Below are positions 58,003-64,000 of a DNA stretch of 64,000 bases, piece after piece; position 1 is the first letter of the stretch; the number at the start of each line of letters is the position of its first letter. The DNA comes from Pocillopora damicornis (Eukaryota). A program made the translations under genes and the position numbers. The stretch covers positions 186,001 to 250,000 of the forward strand of contig NW_020844518.1 in NCBI RefSeq assembly GCF_003704095.1. The letters run 5' to 3'. The notes beneath the pieces were generated by a model. The model was not told where the DNA came from. It ran no database searches and saw only the letters and a program-made list of their open reading frames with translations.

Positions 58003-60619
58003 GTTCTGTTCTAGTGTGTGAAAATCGCCAAAACCGTGATTTATCTTACCAAGACGTATCGATGTTGTGTAGTTTGTTTGAACAGAATGCGAGAAGTGAT
58101 GCACGAACAGAGCTAGAAGAAACACACCACTTTTATAGATCTCTACTTTCCTTTGTTTCAAGATGATTACTGTACCCGAAAATCAAAATTTCCAAGACGG
58201 ACCTTGCTCAAGCTGTAAAAAGGAAGACATCTTCTGTCGCTACGACCTTCGATCTGCAACAAGAGAGCTGACGAATCGACGCTTTTCCTGATTTCTCATG
58301 TTTTCATGGTAAAATTCAGTGTGAATGGCTTCTGATGTGGTTTAGATAACAGTTGAAAGGAATGAATTTCAAATTTTCATAGAGAAATGATTGCTACTCG
58401 TGTTCAGGCAGTAGGTTTAAAGAACTAAGTTATACAAATTACGAAACAGTGAAATTCTTTTGTTTATTTTTGTATTGTATTCATATTCAAGGTTCAATAG
58501 AAAATTGCATTTTAGTTCTTCCATCTTCTGTTTGATTCGCGACTTCCGGCTTTACAATTAGCTTACTGTAGGCGGGAAAAGGAGTCGCCTTAACTTTTAG
58601 GGCAAGTTTGCAAAACCTGTTCATTGCATAGCTTTGTGTCTACGAATTGTTCAACATCAGCTTTGATGTATATAAAAAAAAATAATAACAATGCATATAA
58701 AAACCAACCTTTCATCTAAAATTAAGTTTTAATCAAGTGTGGTTAAGAGTCTTCATTTTTAAGACAATCTTATCGTGTCATGGGCTATCCACAGAAAAAT
58801 TTCCCCACCAATTGTTAGCCCGCATTGATATTCCCACACAGGCAGACAGAAAAAGATGAAAGTCAATTGTGTAATCATGCATTTTGGAAATGAGGTGATT
58901 TTTACATGACCAGCACATTCCCACACACCACAGCTTTGAAACCATCAGTAACTGAGACAGAATTTCTCCTCACATTGTCAAGACAATATCAAGCAGACAA
59001 ATGTGGAGAACAAAGAAAAATAAGCAATTATTGAATGGGGTCGAGCTTGATATCATATGTATGAATTATCAATGCCAAGGTTTGAGTTGTTATAAAGCTG
59101 TGGGCTGAGGCAGATAACACAAACACAAGGTTTAATAATTTATGATATCACGCAAAAACTGAATTCAACAATTGTTTTATTGTACTTTTTTTAAACAGTC
59201 TGCAAAAGAAGATTCTTCTGTCTGAGTTTGCACAGTTTGAGAACACTACATGATCAAGGGGCTTGGACACCAGGCAGACTTTGAACCAATATTGGGTTAC
59301 CATGTTGACTTCACATGTTATTGTAGGTTGACTGTTTGGTCTCAACCAATCAGAGTTTTCATAGTAAGGCTAATGTATTATAATACCAATTATGGGATTA
59401 TTAGTTGATCCAATAGCATATTCTCCAAACTGATCTCATAAGAATTGTAAAAGGCAACCAGAAATATTGCTTTCAGGTCCATATTGGGTTACCCCTGGCA
59501 TTTGTTCACTCCCCTGATGGTTCACTACTGCCTATTTTCTACATACTACTAAGGTGAAGAGAGTTTATCATTTAATTAGCTTTCTTATATTGCAAGTTAT
59601 GTATTTGTCATTATTATTTCCCTATTTCCATCACTGACAAACCTGAATTTCATTTATTTTAGACTAAAACACAACAAGGTGATATTTGAAACAGCCTAAA
59701 TTGATACAAAGGTACTCACAACAAAATCGAAATTTGTAGAGTACAAGTGTAAAGTAAGAGAATTCTATATTTAGAAGCCTGTTGAAGGAAGGATTACATA
59801 TTACTTTCTTCTCAAATTTAAACAGTGAAGCCTCAGCAACATAGCAATAAGTTATAACAATAGTTTATTATTATTATAGATACAAGTGGACAATATATTT
59901 TCAAGTTAATCCCAAGAGTCTACTAAATCTTTCAAATGACACCTTCCTGTATGCTTGGCATACAATTAACGCTGTTTGCACATCTTACACATCTAAGTGA
60001 AGTCGAGTATACTCTTGTGTACACAAAGCACCTCTTAGGAGTTAGCAAGCAGGGCAAGCATAATACTGTTAGTTACTTTTACATTAATATCTTTAAATTC
60101 CTTAAGATTTTATCCTCTTTTTTCCCACCAATTTCACAAGCTTGCTAGCCATATTTTCCTCCAGGAAGGGTGGGGTGGGAGGAAGGGGAGGGGTACTTGA
60201 GTCAAATTTGCTTGGTATGTGCCTCTGGCCTCTCAGAATCCCTACCCTACTATAGTCAATTCTGTGGCCCATTATAGACCTTACTGTAGTCACTTTTTGG
60301 AAATTGCAATGTTTGCAATCCCAATCTAGTCACTTTCCGTCTATGTATAAACCATGTAAAGCATTTAAATCTAATAAATCCTAAAATAAATTGATGCATA
60401 TGTTAAACTGGAAATAGAACACTAATTTCTTACCCCAAACATTCCAAAAATATGCATCCCCTAGCTAGTAACTATTGAAAATGCAACCTTATTGTAGTCA
60501 ATCTAGTCATGAAAAATGCGACCCTATCCAGCGGCACATCCCCCCTGATCTATTTTGTATCACTAGGAACTACCCCCCCCCCCTGCCGTCCCACCGCGCT
60601 TGTTAGCTTTCTTCACCCT

Positions 60620-61240
60620 TTATCGTTTCGGTTGGTTCACCTTAAACATTTTCCCATGGCCAGGTATAACCCAGTCCGCCATCTGTAACACTTTAGCCCT
60701 GCTTTCTTTGTGTTTCTCCGGGCATTCGCTGTATTCTTCCCACACATTCTCGTCATCTTCATGTTCAAACAGATCTCCACAGACAATAACTGTTCCATAA
60801 TCAGTGCTTCTTACCACAACACTTACATCTGAGAACGTGTGTCCTGGAGTAGAAATAACCTGGACAGTTTCACCATCAATGCAATACGGTGTTCCTTTGT
60901 CGAAATTTTCGGGAAGATCGGCGTAATAATCCTGCTCTTGCAATATATCATGAGACACCATTTGGACAGCGTTCGGAAACAGGTTCAAATTTCCAACGTG
61001 ATCTATATGGCCGTGAGTGCAGACCACAAAGTTTACTTCTTCTGGTGCATGACCGAGGTGTTTCAGTTTATCAAGCAGACGTTGTTTATCCCTTGGGCTT
61101 CCCGTGTCCACGATTATTCTGTTATTAGGCCCAGTGATTAAAGTGCTTGTTCCATTAGCTCTATATCTGTTTTCCTTGTCTGTGTAACCATAACCGTCGA
61201 GCAAAATAGAAACTTTATACAATGCGCCTTCTTCCGCCAT
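60620..61240 (-). CDS. MBLAC1: Metallo-beta-lactamase domain-containing protein 1, single exon, 206 aa
   Basis: ANGTSTLI, IVDTG, VVCTHGHIDHVGNLNLF (HxHxDH), TPGHT, GDLFE and IPGHG motifs; gccATG-type context. Confidence 0.93.
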   Translation of the reverse strand: MAEEGALYKVSILLDGYGYTDKENRYRANGTSTLITGPNNRIIVDTGSPRDKQRLLDKLKHLGHAPEEVNFVVCTHGHIDHVGNLNLFPNAVQMVSHDILQEQDYYADLPENFDKGTPYCIDGETVQVISTPGHTFSDVSVVVRSTDYGTVIVCGDLFEHEDDENVWEEYSECPEKHKESRAKVLQMADWVIPGHGKMFKVNQPKR

Positions 61241-61419
61241 TTTAGAGGAAGTGAAAGGATAACGAGTGGAAACAGACTGGTGACTAATGTTTTGAAAACC
61301 GCTTGTCAGTTGAGCTATGGGCGCAGATTGTCGTTTACCGTCGAAACGACGACGGTAATCTGTTTGCTGTATAGGAATTGCTGTTTTTCAGTGTGAAAAT
61401 TTCATGAATCTTCACCACC
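61241..61419. promoter_or_regulatory. Bidirectional promoter, MBLAC1/SCOC
   Basis: Only 179 bp between divergent start codons; locally CpG-rich. Confidence 0.75.
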
Positions 61420-63352
61420 ATGTCAGGTAGTGAGCAAGAAGGTAAAGGGGAGGCCAAGATGGTTTCGATTCCCTTGTCATCCGATGATGAGACATCACTC
61501 GGTTAGTATCTCTACTTGAAAGAAGTTGAGATTTTTCAAGCTTCGTGTAAAACCTTTCATCCTTCTTTTTAGGTATTTTAAAGCAAAGTTCGCTTGCTTT
61601 ACAAGTAATGAAATATTCGGGATGTTTACGGGTTTATCGAGGTCCGTACGTACTGATGCAGTGATTGAAAATGATCGCAATCTCGCAAGAAGCCTAATTA
61701 ACGTGAATCTGTTCCCTTCAAATATTAAGTGATTTGTCGTCCTCTGAATTTTTGTATTATTGTGTCGTTGTTATTCAGGGTAAGTCATTGATCAATTGAT
61801 GAAAGGCAAAAAAGGGTGGAAAAAAGCTTGAACTAATTGCGCACAATAGTCATCACCTAAAGGATATTTGGATTCATTTATACAAAAAATATTTTAGATG
61901 TGGGTGCTCTCTTGTGTATGCTGTAGCATCAAGGTTATCTTAATTACAACTTGTAGTAAATGTTTTGGAGTTTCAAGGGCAGTTGAGTATGATTTACTTC
62001 TCTGAAAACTGGGTCAAGAGGACTGATTCTGAGGCTGATTAAAGAGAATCATTGGATGGACTTCTCTTTGGCAAGACCTCATCTTGAGTCTTTCAGTGTT
62101 ATTTTTTTCTCTCAGTGGCGTATAGAGGTTTAACCCAAGATCTATTTGTATATTCTCCCATCTAGCTGCCACACAGTTCCTAGCAAATTAGTTATGAGAA
62201 CTGGTTGTAACATATAGATCAAGATAACAAACTCTACTTGATATAAGTTTGAGTATTCTCGTTAACTCTTTGCTGGATAATGTATGGATATTGTAGGGAG
62301 AAGTTACTTCTTAATCACTAATAGGAGTTAAAGTGTTATCAACAAACTAGAGCAGGGAAGACAGGGGAGGTGATATCCAATCAATTACAAGTGGAGGAGG
62401 ATCTCTTATCCTTTTTCAGCAAAGCATGAAAGTGCATTTTAAAATTTGCCCATACTAACAATATGAGATTGTGATCACATTTATTTTGTAAGAATGTGAC
62501 TTAAGTTGCAGCATGTTTTCCTTGTATTTGGTAATTTTAATCATTATTGTGGAACTGATTTTTTTTTTTTTTTTGTGGTTCATCTTTGACTAGGGACAAG
62601 CAGTCATTATCCAAATCAACCAAGCTACAATTCTAAGGAAGGAAGAGAAGGCGGTGCCTTACAAGGTAAAAGTCTACCTTGCAGGTTGAACACCTTTGAA
62701 AGTTCTAGCTTTGGAAATTGTGGGACTTAATGTTCTCAAACTGATACTGGTGTTGCCTTAAAGTTCTATCAGTATTTAAGCTTCCCACTGAAATTTGTTT
62801 GTCTATTCCAATCTTCAACCCTTTTCAGTTTAACCCTAATTACACCCTAACATCAGTATTCTATATTCTCTATTGTTATCTCATGATCTTAACGAACGAT
62901 TCAGCAGTATTACTGTTAGGAGAAGTTAGATACTAGCCACTCTTAACCTTTTAACTCCCATGAGTGATCAAGAATAATTTCCCCTTACTTTCCACTGTAC
63001 TATCAACCAGACAAGTGATGAGAAAAAAGAAAAATATCAATTTGGCGATTACTAGTTGATCCAATACCAAATTCTCCATATTAACATCACAAGAACTATA
63101 GGCAGACAGTAAAGAGAATTACTAAATTACCAAAGGGTTAAGAATTCAATCAGTAAATGTGACTTTGACAGACTTGTGTAGACGTACCAGTGTTTAGTAA
63201 TTTTTTTTCCCTTTTCTAAATTGTATGTAGTCATCTAGACAGCATTATTTCAATTCTCATTCTAGATGATGTAACAGAGGATGAAGAAAATGAAGCAGAT
63301 GAGAAAAAGCGCCTTATTAGTCAAGTACTTGAGCTTCAAAACACTCTTGATG
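61420..63352 (+). CDS. SCOC: Short coiled-coil protein, 5' exons (continues beyond right edge)
   Basis: Exons 61420-61501, 62594-62665 and 63266-63352, all phase 1; the third encodes EKKRLISQVLELQNTLD, the conserved start of the SCOC/UNC-69 coiled coil; caccATG context. Confidence 0.9.
62943..63141. mobile_element. TTAA MITE copy in SCOC intron
   Basis: TTAACCTTTTAACTCCCATGAGTGA...AAAGGGTTAA; reverse orientation of the 3243 family. Confidence 0.7.
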
Positions 63353-64000
63353 GTGAGTTTGAGTGCCATGCATACACAAAAAGTTTTTGTTGAGTCTTTC
63401 AAATGAGGGACATGCAAACTTCCACGAGGAGGAAAGATCAGTTGGTCCTGTTAAGAGCCTTAGTGGGGTCCTTTATATCACAGTGGAAGAGGCGTGGTCC
63501 CACATAAATCAAAGGTGTTTATTCAGCATTCAATTTAACTACTCTTTAATAAAGATGAAGAAGACATAAATTCCTAAGGAGCAAAAGAAAAGGACTTTTA
63601 CAAAACTATACTAACATATAATATAGGAAAAATAAATGCAAAGATGCCATGAGATGAAAAATTACCAAATGCTGAGGGAATATATTAGACATGAACCACT
63701 TATAGGAAAAAGTTTTACAAGGACACAAATTAAAGTAAATTAGTCGTTTAAAGTGTGGAAATAATTGTTTGGAAATGATACATGTAAAAACGAAAAGAAT
63801 TAGTGTTCAGCAATATAAGACCTAACTGTGAGAAATTTAAAAAAATTACACATTTGTCACAAATTTTGCCCAAATGCCCCTCTTCTTCCAGGAATATATT
63901 AAATAAATTTGTACTTAATACATTTTTGGAAGAACAGGGAACTTCTTTTAAGGTGATGGGGAATCATATTGGAAGTGGTCTTACTAACTATAGTACTCAA

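Overview
AT-rich, intron-containing animal DNA with four 100-N scaffold gaps (11385-11484, 41497-41596, 51040-51139, 54428-54527). Gene content and repeat families suggest a cnidarian, probably a stony coral (inference). Left half, minus strand: a tandem array of signal peptide-CUB-CUB-CUB-TM receptor paralogs at different stages of decay. These are A (runs off the left edge), B (stop codon inside the TM segment), an orphan tail pseudo-exon, C (intact, 578 aa, Pro-rich tail with PTAP, PSAP and PPxY motifs) and D (internally deleted pseudogene). An NXPE/PC-esterase gene is interleaved between B and C. Right half: an 8-exon centrin, a possible divergent partner gene, an atypical acidic FGF, an intronless myosin essential light chain, a 74-aa Cys-rich membrane microprotein, MBLAC1, and SCOC head-to-head with MBLAC1. 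There are many TTAA-flanked MITEs, a tRNA-derived SINE and a ~1 kb foldback inverted repeat. Exon boundaries were read by hand and checked for phase; no database searches were run.
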